From Nemertoderma westbladi (Eukaryota > Animalia > Xenacoelomorpha), in the NCBI GenBank assembly GCA_032718475.1, contig JAUCBJ010000150.1, positions 1 through 64,000 of the forward strand: 64,000 nt of DNA, in the 5' to 3' direction. The number at the start of each line of letters is the position of its first letter. The stretch's first letter is position 1. The notes under the pieces are model-generated. The model saw only the letters and a program-made list of their open reading frames with translations. It did not search any database and was not told the DNA's origin. Below are positions 22,636-35,691 of this stretch, one piece after another. The translations under genes and the position numbers were made by a program.

Positions 22636-25165
22636 CCACGTACCCCTACCTAGTACCAGTACCCATCCACCCCACGCACCCCTACCTAGTACCAGTACCT
22701 ATCCATCCCACGCACCCCTACCTAGTACCAGTACCCATCCACCCACTCACCCCTACCTAGTACCAGTACCCATCCACCCCACTCACCCCTACCTAGTACC
22801 AGTACCCAGCCACCCCACTCACCCCTACCTAGTACCAGTACCCATCCACCCCACGTACCCCTACCTAGTACCAGTACCCATCCACCCCACACACCCCTAC
22901 CTAGTACCAGTACCCATCCACCCCACGCACCCCTACCTAGTACCAGTACCCATCCACCCCACGTACCCCTACCTAGTACCAGTACCCATCCACCCCACGC
23001 ACCCCTACCTAGTACCAGTACCCATCCACCCCACGCACCCCTACCTAGTACCAGTACCCATCCACCCCACGCACCCCTACCTAGTACCAGTACCCATCCA
23101 CCCCACGCACCCCTACCTAGTACCAGTACCCATCCACCCCACGTACCCCTACCTAGTACCAGTACCCATCCACCCCACGCACCCCTACCTAGTACCAGTA
23201 CCCATCCACCCCACGTACCCCTACCTAGTACCAGTACCCATCCACCCCACGCACCCCTACCTAGTACCAGTACCCATCCACCCCACGTACCCCTACCTAG
23301 TACCAGTACCCATCCACCCCACGCACCCCTACCTAGTACCAGTACCCATCCACCCCACGCACCCCTACCTAGTACCAGTATCCATCCACCCCAGGCACCC
23401 CTACCTAGTACCAGTACCCATCCACCCCACGCACCCCTACCTAGTACCAGTACCCATCCACCCCACGCACCCCTACCTAGTACCAGTACCCATCCACCCC
23501 ACGCACCCCTACCTAGTACCAGTACCCATCCACCCCACGCACCCCTACCTAGTACCAGTACCCATCCACCCCACGCACCCCTACCTAGTACCAGTACCCA
23601 TCCACCCCACGTACCCCTACCTAGTACCAGTACCCATCCACCCCACGCACCCTACCTAGTATCAGTACCTATCCACCCCACGCACCCCTACCTAGTACCA
23701 GTACCCATCCACCCCACGCACCCCTGCCTAGTACCAGTACCCATCCACCCCCACGCACCCTACCTAGTACCAGTACCCATCCACCCCACGCACCCCTACC
23801 TAGTACCAGTACCCATCCACCCCACGCACCCCTACCTAGTACCAGTACCTATCAACCCCACGCACCCCTACCTAGTACCAGTACCCATCCACCCCACGTA
23901 CCCCTACCTAGTACCAGTACCCATCCACCCCACGTACCCCTACCCAGTACCAGTACCCATCCACCCCACGCACCCCTACCTAGTACCAGTACCCATCCAC
24001 CCCACGCACCCCTGCCTAGTACCAGTACCCATCCACCCCACGCTCCCCTACCTAGTACCAGTACCCATCCACCCCTCGCACCCCTACCTAGTACCAGTAC
24101 CCATCCACCCCACGCACCCCTACCTAGTACCAGTACCCATCCACCCCACGCACCCCTACCGTGTACCAGTACCCATCCACCCCACGCACCCCTACCTAGT
24201 ACCAGTACCTATCCACCCCACGCACCCCTACCTAGTACCAGTACCCATCCACCCCACGTACCCATACCTAGTACCAGTACCCATCCACCCCACGCACCCC
24301 TGCCTAGTACCAGTACCTATCCACCCCACGCACCCCTACCTAGTACCAGTACCCATCCACCCCACGCTCCCCTACCTAGTACCAGTACCCATCCACCCCA
24401 CGCACCCCTACCTAGTACCAGTACCTATCCACCCCACGCACCCCTACCTAGTACCAGTACCCATCCACCCCACGTACCCCTACCTAGTACCAGTACCCAT
24501 CCACCCCACGTACCCCTACCTAGTACCAGTACCCATCCACCCCACGCACCCCTGCCTAGTACCAGTACCCATCCACCCCACGCACCCCTACCTAGTACCA
24601 GTACCCATCCACCCCACGCACCCCTACCTAGTACCAGTACCCATCCACCCCACGCTCCCCTACCTAGTACCAGTACCCATCCACCCCACGCACCCCTACC
24701 GTGTACCAGTACCCATCCACCCCACGCACCCCTACCTAGTACCAGTACCCATCCACCCCACGTACCCCTACCTAGTACCAGTACCCATCCACCCCACGCA
24801 CCCCTGCCTAGTACCAGTACCCATCCACCCCACGCACCCCTACCTAGTACCAGTACCCATCCACCCCACGCACCCCTACCTAGTACCAGTACCCATCCAC
24901 CCCACGCTCCCCTACCTAGTACCAGTACCCATCCACCCCACGCACCCCTACCGTGTACCAGTACCCATCCACCCCACGCACCCCTACCTAGTACCAGTAC
25001 CCATCCACCCCACGCTCCCCTACCTAGTACCAGTACCCATCCACCCCACGCACCCCTACCTAGTACCAGTACCCATCCACCCCACGCACTCCTACCTAGT
25101 ACCAGTACCCATCCACCCCACGCACCCCTACCTAGTACCAGTAGCTATCCACCCCACTCACCACT
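22636..25165. repeat. 36-bp C-rich minisatellite, ~70 copies
   Basis: Unit CCCACGCACCCCTACCTAGTACCAGTACCCATCCAC with recurring variants. Confidence 0.97.
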
Positions 25166-25884
25166 ACCCGAAACAGGTATTTATTCATTGGCTCAATTAA
25201 TTTATCGCTCGTCAATTCTGTTAGTCGGGGAATAAACTTGCGGCCGTTTACATAAGTTGACCCCACAGACTACAATAATTAGTGGCTCCTATATTCTGGA
25301 ACCTGTCGGTTCCGGTATATCAGCCTTAGCCTCTTCGAGATCCCCCGGGAATCACTACTGGCGGCTCCTCCCTCGAGTTTCTCCTGCTATGAGAGTTGAC
25401 TGTATCTACTTGTTTTATCCTACCCAATGATTATTGGTTTACGATACAGTGCTGCTAACAGATAGAGCAACGAACCGAGAAGTCGTGTCGTTATTCTAAA
25501 TTAATTTGGTCTTTGACTTTTTAATTCTACTTTTCGCCAAGTATTACTTGTCCTTCGAGTTTGTTTAATGAATTATTGTGATGATCAAAAAATGTCATTA
25601 AAACTATTTCAGATTATTTTTTGCAGCTTCTGTGTAAAAGTGCTTGTTGTATCGTTTATTATATTATTTTTAAATTGAATATTAAATATCACAAGATAAA
25701 GTTTAAACGATCAGGTTTTGGGTTTTGCAAATATATTTTTAAGGTTTGTTTTGTTTTTGTTTGTCACACGTATTAATGAAGCCCGCATGGGAGTCAAATT
25801 CTGGTATAAATTGTTTCGTAAATGTGGGTAATATGGAGACAAGAAGGGCTGGGCTGTTAACTCAAATCATACCTCCGGGCGGAT

Positions 25885-27058
25885 TACTTGGATCGGCATG
25901 CTGCATTGCAGCTGCATTTTTAAGAATGCTGTGCCAGCTTATCGACAAAATTGCACCGCCACAACTCCCTATCACCCATGACATTTGCTAGATCATCCGC
26001 ATCTTCAAGACCAGTGTCCTTTAAGATGCGTCTCAAGAAAGTCATGGGCTGTCCACCATGCTTATTCACTCCATGGGGCTGCCAAAGTACAAGATTATGC
26101 ACTGGCTGGTCCTCACGGCGTCCTCAGCAGTTAGAGCCCAGCATGGACTCCCATAGAGGAGTGCTGGAACTACTGCTGCTCTAAATAATCGGACCTTAAG
26201 TTTCCGATTAATTCTCGGTGACTTCCAAATCCTGGAAAGCCTATTCAAGGCTGCCCATGCCTTTCCCTTACGTATTCGAAGGTCCTCACCTGACTTCCGG
26301 ATCCATGATCCCAGGTAACAGAAGTCGTCCACATTCTCAAGCATACCATCCTTTGAGCTTATGCTCATCCGATCAGAGACTTGCTGAGAACTTTCAAAGT
26401 TAACTGTCAAAATTTTGGTCTTTCTGGAGTTAATAAAAAGACCAACACTCGAAATAGCATGTTCTAATGAGCTGAGGAGCCGTTGGGCTCCCTCTAGTGA
26501 TTCTGAGAGTACTCCTAAGTCATCAGCAAAGTCTAGATCACTTAGGTACTTGGCAGGATTTCCTCGACTTCTGGAGCCAGTAGGTGGAGTTATCATCACC
26601 CCATCATCATCATGATGATCTAAGGACATCCGTAGAACATAGTCAACCACAATAATGAACAAGAATGGTGCAAGTGTGTCTCCCTGGAGGACGCCCCATA
26701 ACACTTCAAATGGTTCTGTGTCACCATCAACAGTAGACACAAATGTTGTCGAACCATCGTATACTGATCTGATTGCTGTAATAATTTCATCGGGAATCCC
26801 ATATAATGAAAGTATGCTGAACATACGTGAGCGAAAGACTGAATCAAAGGCCTTGAAGAAGTCAACAAAGATAACAGCCAGATGCCTGTCTTTCTTTTTT
26901 GATAACTCTTCGATTATCCTTCTAAGTGCCAAAATGGGCTCCATGGTCCCACGACCTTTACGGAACCCATTCTGATTTCCACGGAGCAGTCTCTCAATGG
27001 GATCCCTGATGCGATTTAATATAATTATATTGTATAGCTTCGCAGCAATCGATATCCA
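25885..27058 (-). mobile_element. 5'-truncated, internally deleted RTE-clade LINE (RT domain)
   Basis: ORF 26066-26944: FVDFFKAFDS, GVLQGDTLAP, DFADD; same family as 5856 and 10400; deletion junction at ~26120; possible TSD GGCGGAT. Confidence 0.9.
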
Positions 27059-30000
27059 GGCGGATAAGTTATGTTAATTACTGTATCAATAATTGTGGGA
27101 AAGGAACAGGATGCAGTGGCGGGCCTTTCTAACCTACAAAATACATTGGAGTATTACACAGGTAAAATTTTTCAATTTTGCGCCCAGAACTATTATTTGC
27201 GTTGATTTTCGCATGGAGAGGGATTTATCTTTGTATCTGTGAAGATAACCCACACCCACATTTTCCATACATTACGCTCTCTAGCGGCAGACTCGCGTAC
27301 TACACATGGATCAGCGTACATAGAAAGACACATCCTAAAGTCTAGTGTGGCGAGCCACGAAGTTGGCGGAGTCTTAGCGAACTGACAATTAGGGGGTGAG
27401 TCAATGTTTTAAAAAATTGTCGTTTTACGATTTGATTTGCTAATAACTTAGATCAGTTCAGGATTTAGAGCAGTTCAACTCAAAATTTGTAGGCATTAAT
27501 ACGACTAAAATACGATGTTTTTGAGAGACTTTCACACACCGTCAGTTCACCCATTTATTTGCTTTTAATCCGTTCCAGCTGAAACTTGGCAACATGTACT
27601 GGATCAACCGTGTTTTTAAACGGAGGCTAATCCATCTGGCTGCTATTCCTCAGTCTTCCACTAGAGGGCCATAAAGAGAAAATATTCTCCCATGTATGAC
27701 AAATGTCAAACGTGTCAGAAAATGACACTATATTACGGGTCATGGTGTATATCCCTAGAGGGCGTATTTCTGAAAGTGAAAACTGTCTCATTTCGTAATT
27801 TGTTATCCAATCAAGTTGAAACTTGGGAGATATGTACTATGTACACTACGTAGTAAACAAATAAATGAGAGGTTTTCAAGACATTACTCCATTCAACGTT
27901 AGACTGAAGAACTGCATGGTCCACTCCGTTCAAATTATTTTCTAAACTATTGACATCATACATCGCTACATGTTTACCAAGTTTGGTTACAATTCTTCGA
28001 TGAGTTTTTGATTGACAGAGTTATTAACCTTTAGGGCTCATTCCATGAAAAGGTCAACCTCCCCACTAATTTCGAAAAATGATATGTAGCTTTGAATTTA
28101 TACTTATTTTAGGACAAAATTTATCGTACATCATGAATTCAGTGCTAAAAAATGTATCAACACAGGTGGTTTCTCAAAAATAGTCGAATTACAAATTATG
28201 CACCTGCTCTGCACAAAATGTGAATAAAAGTGTGCAAAAGTTTCGTTTCCTGTAGGCACTTCCTAGGACCAATAAATTAACATTTCTGAGCATGTACCAA
28301 ATCAAAAACAAACCCATTTTCGAATTTTTTTGGTTTCGTTTAATTTCACCAGTGTTTCATTCCTCTGTAATGAAATCGATAAAGTTAATCATGTGATGTC
28401 CCATACTTTACTTAAAATAGTGACATTTTTAGTTTATTCACAGAGATGTAACTCAGCCTAATCACCCAGTGGAATGCAAAGCACGTTTGTGTTGCGTCAT
28501 CGTATAAAACAATTAGTTTCATCTTCACTCCCTCAGAAATATTATGGCGGCAAATTGAAAATTGTCCCACACTTTACCATTAAAATGGCAATTATAATAG
28601 TGCACTGTATTAATGTAATATGTGAAGTCAGGAGTGTTATAATACTCAAAGGTCATAGTCGGCCGTAAGAATATGAGTCTATATTTGAACTGAGAATCAT
28701 TCCTCAGTCAAGAAATCTTTGGGGTTATGCATGTAAAGTCCCATACTATACCAAAAAATAGTGAAATTTTTAATTTATACACAGAGAAGTAGTCTAACTC
28801 AGCCCAATCACCCAGTGGAATGCAAAGCACGTTTGTGTTGCGTCATCTTAAGAAACAATTAGTTTCATAATCTACTCCCTCAGAAACATCATGAAGGCCA
28901 ATTGAAAATTGTCCAATACTTTACCATTATAATGGCGATTACAATAGTGCACTGTATTAATTGATGAAGCAACACGATACTGTGAACTACATGGGTTGTC
29001 TGGTTTCATGGTCGCGGGTGACTGGAATGCCAGACACCAACGATGGGGAGACTCAATTGACAATTTAAATGGACGAATCATTAACAGTTATGCAATTAAC
29101 AATAATTTTGCGATTTTGAGCGCTAAACAAAATACCTTTATTTGCACAACAGGGGGAAGTGCGATTGACTTCATTATCTGCAGTAAAAGTGTTGAGAATA
29201 ACTTGGTTGACATGTTAGTTGATACCTCAGAACTATTCTCTGGTGCACCACTAAGGGGGCACTATCCCGTAATTGCATCCTTTAAAAACCTTAAACCTAA
29301 CAAGATAAACGTTCAGAGGTCAACAAAAGAGGTTTTCGATCTGAAGGCGGCAGATTGGAGTTTATGGTCTCATACACTGGAAAACATTATGAAGGAAAGT
29401 GCTGATATATGGACAGATGTCGATTGCCCGATCGAGCTATGGAATATGTTTCATCGCTTTATAACTGACTGCAACAATAAATCGCTGCCAAAAAAGCTTA
29501 TATCTAAGCACTGTAAACCGTACTGGAATACAACCCTGAGCGAAATGTCTATAAAACTACGGGATGCACATATAAATCTCAGATTAAGGTGCGATCCACA
29601 CAACCGTGAAACATATCTAAATATTAAAGATCTATTTTCCAATGAGATAATTAAAGCTCAACACCAGTGGGTACAAAAACAAATTGACGACCTAAACAAA
29701 AGAAATACAAATACATTCTGGAAAACATATAAAAGAAATTTCAATAAAACCGGTGACAAAAGTGTCCAATCACTACTCATAGATAACCAGTTTTATCATA
29801 CAGACAATGAGAAAGCTGACATTTTGTTCCAAACATTCTTCACAGGAAAACATCTAGAAGCAGAAACCTTTGATGAGCAATTTAAAGACCATGTGACTTC
29901 ATTTATTGCAGAACATAAAGACGAATTTTATGGCTCAACTCCAAATCCTGATATTCTTGCAAATGACATTAGCAGTAAACCCATCACAATGGGTGAACTG

Positions 30001-31630
30001 AATGAAGCTATAAAGAAAGTTAAATGTATAGGTAAATCGCCGGACTCAGATGGTTTTCATCCATTATTTATTAAAGGAATAGGTTTCTGGGCAAAATCGT
30101 TTATTTTAATGCTTTTTAATACCATCTTGGAAAAAAATATATGGCCTTGGCCTTTAAGTGATATAATATTCTTACGGAAACCGGATAAAATGACATAAAA
30201 TTCCTGGTGCTTACAGACCTATTTCGATAACATCATATTTCAGCAAGCTCTTTGAGCGTGTACTAGATGCAAGGCTTGAAGTTATACTAGAAAAATTCAA
30301 AGACAAAACACAATTTTGTGGCAGAAATTCTAGCACAGTGGATTATTTATATCACCTAATTGGCAATATCCAGGCTGACCTTTCGAATAATTGTGCTGGA
30401 ATAGGCATAACAATTGATCTAGAAAAGGCCTTCGACAGTATATGGATAGATGGTCTATTATATAAACTCTATCATGCTGGTGTTAAGGGAAACATATTGA
30501 GAATTATTGTTTCAATGCTAAAACAAAGAGATATTCGAATTAATGTTAACGACTATTCAAGCCATATATATCACTGTAACATGACAATTAGTCTCCCGCA
30601 GGGGCGTGTTCTATCAATGAGACTCTTCATTTTCTATATTATAAACCTATTGGCGGATTTCAAATACGCTGATGACGGCACATCTTATGTAACATGTCCC
30701 GCTCTGGAATGTAAATATGATGCAGTCACAGAAGGCTTAGAAAGCATGCAACTTCGTTGTGACACAATATCGGACTGGTGCAACAAATGGCGGCTACGTG
30801 TCAATGCAGATAAAACATATGTTATTGTTTTTGGTGCAAGTGAGATCGATACATCCACCTTACCACCTCTGAGTCTACGAGGATCAGTTTGTAAATATGC
30901 AGAGAGCACGAAAATTCTTGGGGTAACCGTTGATAGAAATCTGACTTTTAATAAACATATGAAGATTAATATCACCAAATTTTGGTCAATCTGGAACCAA
31001 TTAAATCGATTTATTGGTGTGAACAACGGTCTGCACCTAAACTCGATAATGAAAATTGTTAACTCCATTATAATACCAAAGATAATGTATGCTTCCCCCG
31101 TATGGTCCAGGTTTGTAGCACCAAAACTTCTTGACGAACTGTGGGCTACGATGCTAAGGGCTGCTACCGGCAACTTATTTAATCCTGATCAAAGTAGTAT
31201 GCAAGTGGTTTGCGGTTTACAGCCTCCTGATCTCTGGCACAAAATGGTCGCGGTAAAGTACATCTTGAAACTTATCTCAAAAACTGATCACACAACTGGT
31301 ATCTATTGGTTAACTGGGTCATTCAATAACAAACATATAGTTAGTTAGTTTATTATTGACCAATAAATCGGTCCAAGTGGGACGGAATACATATATATAT
31401 CTGAATACACTCAAGCACTTATTATAATAACCAGTAAAATACGCGGCCGCGGTACTCTCAAATCCTAAATTAAAAGTTACTTAAGTATACATAAACCAGC
31501 ATAGCAATTGCCATATTCAAATAATTTAATATATGCTGATATTACCCAAACGTTACGTACAAATAACTTACTAATAAATATTAAATAAATATAAATACAT
31601 AATAGAGTTAAACCAATTTAATTAATAATT

Positions 31631-34627
31631 CTAAATCTCTAAAATCTCTAAAAGTTCGTCTATATATTGCATCGTGGTACACAGGGGGTCACTGGATAGA
31701 ACAGAGCATGGGGATGAATAATCTAATTGGTATTTATTCCTTAGGCCTACTGCCTCTACAAATGAACATGTACAAATAACATGTGATTCGGATTGGGGCG
31801 AGCCACACTTGCAAAAACGTCGATCATATGGGACTCGGTTCCATCTCCCTATCTCTACGCTGAGATTGGTCGATAGAAGCCGGAACCTGGTCCACGCCTT
31901 GCGGTGCGACTCCCGGATATCCTGTTGCGGGCGAATATAAATAGTAGGAGTATCTAATGACGGATTAAACGATCTGTACGTCATAGGCCTCGTTGAATCG
32001 CTGATTAGAACTCTGTTGCGTATCTCGGACAGTTTCGTTTGGGCAGGGTCATCCTGACTGTTTAAAAGCCCAGAAATGACCCTACCCATAGGGGTCCCAG
32101 CCTCGCGGCAGAGCTCAATCGCGAATATAGCGGGTCTATGCAGGTCTCTCCTTGCCATAAGTTTAAGCAATAGGTTTCGCTGGCTAGAACGAAACATTGC
32201 CGTTGGCTCGGGTTGACCCGATTCTATGTACAATATGTCTCTGCAAATGTTATTACGTACACCTAACGCAGCGCACAATGGGTTATTGTAATGTACTGTA
32301 ATTGTCGAAGCTGAATTACCAATCCAAGTCTCGCAACCGTAGCAGATTGCGGCCACAGCTGCGGCTTGGAATACTTTCAGTTTTACGAAAATTGGTGCTT
32401 CTGAATGCTTTGATAGAAAAGCAAAATACTTATTAACATGCTTAATTTTATCCTTTGTGTGTACAGCAATTACGGAGTTCATTGAACCGTCCTGCGTTAT
32501 CGGTGACCCTAGATAAATATATGAATCACAATTCTCGATTGTAAGACACCCATACATATTATTGGTTACAAGTATATCATGTTTCTCGCCCGGAGTTATT
32601 TTACCAATTATCATAAATTTGGTTTTTTTACGGTTTATGATCATTCCAGACCGGGCACAAAAATTTAATAATACACCAAGTTTCTCAACACAACGGACGC
32701 GGTTGGTCGCTAAAATTACTGAGTCGTCCATGAGGATTAGAGAGTGCAGCCAATTTAAAAAACCATCGGGTAAACAACACCGTAGCATACGAATTAACGG
32801 GTTTATAAAAAAAGTGAACAAAAAGCAGCTACTTGGTGAACCTTGCAGAACACCTATGTTAGTTAGTATCTTAACAGATCCTAGAATACTCTTTGTACCA
32901 GTATATAAACATATCAGTGCTGTAAGCATTCTCGCTCCACATCCCATTGATTTCAATAAATTGAAAAGGGATGATCGGGGGACTTTGTCATAAGCGGTTG
33001 AAAAATCTATAAAAACAATATACAACTTTAATTTCTTAAAAATTACGTAGTCTATAAGTAACCGTATAGTTAAAATGTGTTCCGCACAACTACGATATTT
33101 CTGAGCTCCCGCCTGTTCTGAATCAGGTTTAAACCAAGCCGATAGCCGCTTGCACAATATACCGTCGTATAACCTTGTAATGCAGTTCAATACACTGATG
33201 CCCCTATAATTAGAGCATATAATAGATGAACCCCGTTTAAAAACGGCCGTAAGTTTACTGTATGACCAATCTGCCGGTGCCTTCGCCGATAGGAATATCA
33301 AGTTTAGTATTGACACCAGAACTAATATCCACTGCTGCGAAAGGAGTTTTAACACACCAGGACCAATCCCGTCGGGACCGGCGGACTTTGAGGCTTTTAA
33401 TTCCTGTATGCCCTCGCAGACCTCCTCTGTCGATATAGGGTCATCGAGAATAGGGATGTAAGGGCAACCCTGCGTGTCGATTACCTCCTCCGTATCCCCG
33501 GAGTTCAGCAGCGTTTCGAAATGAACCCGGAATTCTTCTTCTTTCGGTTTAATGGTTTCATTGGCGTTCGTTACGTTACCGGACCAACCAATGCGTTTCC
33601 AAATAGTGGCTGGCTCGCTGTCACGAATAAGGGCACCCCAAAAGAGGTCATCTGTGCCATCCCAACGGCAGCCCTGTGAGTTCGTATGACGCGGTATGCG
33701 ACTTGATGAAGCAGCGCAGTATATCGCCTGTTTGAATGCTGATACAATCGTATCCACACTCTGGTTTGTATCCGCAATCAAATCGTTAATCTGGGTGGAG
33801 TCGCCCAGCGTTGCGAGGAAGTTTAACGGGTTTACGTTTATGGACTTTATTGCGCGGCTACAAAGCTGTGATTTAGGATCATAGGTACCATACTCTCCCA
33901 AAAGAGTCGAACATTCTGCAATGTAGGCCGATGATAGCTGGTTACCCATCTCGACAGACAGCGAGATCGCAGCATGTCCTGATGGCAGACTTTCCGGACT
34001 AACATGGAAGTCGATAACAAACGGGGCAAGGCTAGTACTAAGTAAGCAACGATCCAATTCGGAAATTAAACCCGACTTTCTTCCGAAGGTTAAACCACCG
34101 CCTAGGACCGTTTGCCGTGTAGACGAATAACTTACATTGTAAAGAGAACAGTCCTCACATAGCTGAATAATCCGTCGTCCAACTGTATTAAGAGTTAGAT
34201 CATCTGGCTCTCGGTAAGATGTGCAATTCGGTATAATCTTAGTTGCGGTGGTCCTGAGGTCTCCCAAGCGGGCGTTGATATCGCCAACAATGATAAACCG
34301 CTTCCACTGGGGGCCACCTAAAATCTTAGACTGTAAGCGCCCCCAAATTTCGGGGGTGTAGTAATGCGAGTCCGATGGAGGGCTGTAAATGCAGATAAAT
34401 TCTAGAAGGGGATAGAGATGCAGACGAAAAGAAATAATATCGGACTCCGATTCAACTGATACGCCAGTGGAGTGGATGTGATGTCGCAGTAGCACAGCGC
34501 ATCCACCACGGTGTGAGTCTTTGCCTCTCTTTGACCTGAACACAACAAAGCCTGGGACAGAAAAATCGTAGGAGTACTTTATTTCTTGAATAAAAACAAT
34601 ATCATATTGGTTAAATAAATCGAACAC
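31631..34627 (-). CDS. LINE ORF2: APE endonuclease, reverse transcriptase (LMDD), C-terminal Zn knuckle; frame extends without ATG to ~34720
   Basis: LSWNSDGL upstream in frame, IVFIQEIK, VGDINAR, FIDFSTAYD, GVLQGSPSS, ILMDD, YIYLG, CKCGSPQSESHVICTC. Confidence 0.92.
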   Translation of the reverse strand: MFDLFNQYDIVFIQEIKYSYDFSVPGFVVFRSKRGKDSHRGGCAVLLRHHIHSTGVSVESESDIISFRLHLYPLLEFICIYSPPSDSHYYTPEIWGRLQSKILGGPQWKRFIIVGDINARLGDLRTTATKIIPNCTSYREPDDLTLNTVGRRIIQLCEDCSLYNVSYSSTRQTVLGGGLTFGRKSGLISELDRCLLSTSLAPFVIDFHVSPESLPSGHAAISLSVEMGNQLSSAYIAECSTLLGEYGTYDPKSQLCSRAIKSINVNPLNFLATLGDSTQINDLIADTNQSVDTIVSAFKQAIYCAASSSRIPRHTNSQGCRWDGTDDLFWGALIRDSEPATIWKRIGWSGNVTNANETIKPKEEEFRVHFETLLNSGDTEEVIDTQGCPYIPILDDPISTEEVCEGIQELKASKSAGPDGIGPGVLKLLSQQWILVLVSILNLIFLSAKAPADWSYSKLTAVFKRGSSIICSNYRGISVLNCITRLYDGILCKRLSAWFKPDSEQAGAQKYRSCAEHILTIRLLIDYVIFKKLKLYIVFIDFSTAYDKVPRSSLFNLLKSMGCGARMLTALICLYTGTKSILGSVKILTNIGVLQGSPSSCFLFTFFINPLIRMLRCCLPDGFLNWLHSLILMDDSVILATNRVRCVEKLGVLLNFCARSGMIINRKKTKFMIIGKITPGEKHDILVTNNMYGCLTIENCDSYIYLGSPITQDGSMNSVIAVHTKDKIKHVNKYFAFLSKHSEAPIFVKLKVFQAAAVAAICYGCETWIGNSASTITVHYNNPLCAALGVRNNICRDILYIESGQPEPTAMFRSSQRNLLLKLMARRDLHRPAIFAIELCREAGTPMGRVISGLLNSQDDPAQTKLSEIRNRVLISDSTRPMTYRSFNPSLDTPTIYIRPQQDIRESHRKAWTRFRLLSTNLSVEIGRWNRVPYDRRFCKCGSPQSESHVICTCSFVEAVGLRNKYQLDYSSPCSVLSSDPLCTTMQYIDELLEILEI

Positions 34628-34710
34628 CTTCCTGAGGAGAAATTTCTCCCCCAGACCGTCAGAGTTCCACGAAAGTAAATTAAGAATAGAAGAGTTACCG
34701 CGGCAACAAC

Positions 34711-35691
34711 TTAAAAAATCGGATTATAGGAGTCGATCACAACACCGTCCCTAGTGACATTTCTAGTCGATGGTACGTACTGGATATCGTGACCTGCGTT
34801 CTCCGGTTTTATAGACTCGGCTCGTGCTACACTCTGTAACCGTTGTATCTCTCTCCTAATGCCGGGGTTAATGTCGGGTTTGACATAAACCTTTCGAAGC
34901 GCTTCCTTTTCCTTCAGTTTCTTTGATCTCTTTAAAATTTCGTCGCGGTCGCACGCGCTTGGGCCTAGAACCACAAGAAGGGGTCGTGGTCTGGAAGGAG
35001 TTACGTTTGTTGGGGGTCTACCAAGGCGGCGGACTGTGAAGTCATTGAGAACAGTAGATAGTGGAAGTTCCAATTCAGAGAGGATTACATTGCATTTTTC
35101 GTTGTCCGATACAGCGTTGGATAATGGTTCGGTTTCCGACACTCCGGTAATTATTAGGTTACGAACCCGCGCCGATCTATCCAATGACTCACAGAACCTC
35201 TGTTGGTTAGACCATGCTTTCTTTAACTGTGCATTCTCATGTTCCAGTACTTCAACCCGATCCTCCAACACCGCTACACGTTGGTTTATTGCATCGTCGA
35301 CGCTAGTAGAAATTATTTCTTTAAGCTGGGCAATCGACAATGTGTTTATGGACGCATTGTCTGGGCCCATTCCGTTGTACGTCGGAGCAGGTTGCTGGGC
35401 GTTAATGAATTGTTGCGGCTGGTATTGTGTAGGCTGACCAGCCGACGTGGTGGTGGGCTGAGATTGCGATATCGGATAGGAATGAAACGAGTTCGGTTGG
35501 TTAAACCTCGCTCTCGCTGTCGCATTCAGTTGCGATGCCGGTGCCGGTGCGCCTGGTTGCATCTGGCTCGGGACTATCGGTTGGGCTGGATTTGGAGGGC
35601 CACTATATGAGGCAGACACCGCACAGGTGTTACAGTATCCTCCGTTTCTCAGTTTCTGCTGGAATCCTCCGCACGACTTGCATTTTCCCAT
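34711..35691 (-). CDS. LINE ORF1 (N-terminal CxxC..CxxC, coiled coil, RRM-like domain)
   Basis: CKSC..CNTC, heptads VAVLEDRVEVLEHENAQLK, RVRNLIITGVSE, RLGR..RPRPLLV typical of LINE ORF1p. Confidence 0.88.
   Translation of the reverse strand: MGKCKSCGGFQQKLRNGGYCNTCAVSASYSGPPNPAQPIVPSQMQPGAPAPASQLNATARARFNQPNSFHSYPISQSQPTTTSAGQPTQYQPQQFINAQQPAPTYNGMGPDNASINTLSIAQLKEIISTSVDDAINQRVAVLEDRVEVLEHENAQLKKAWSNQQRFCESLDRSARVRNLIITGVSETEPLSNAVSDNEKCNVILSELELPLSTVLNDFTVRRLGRPPTNVTPSRPRPLLVVLGPSACDRDEILKRSKKLKEKEALRKVYVKPDINPGIRREIQRLQSVARAESIKPENAGHDIQYVPSTRNVTRDGVVIDSYNPIF

Noticed and set aside
22568-23659. 363-aa Pro/His-rich ORF
   Set aside because: Stop-free frame of a 36-bp minisatellite; TTG start; broken by 1-bp indels.
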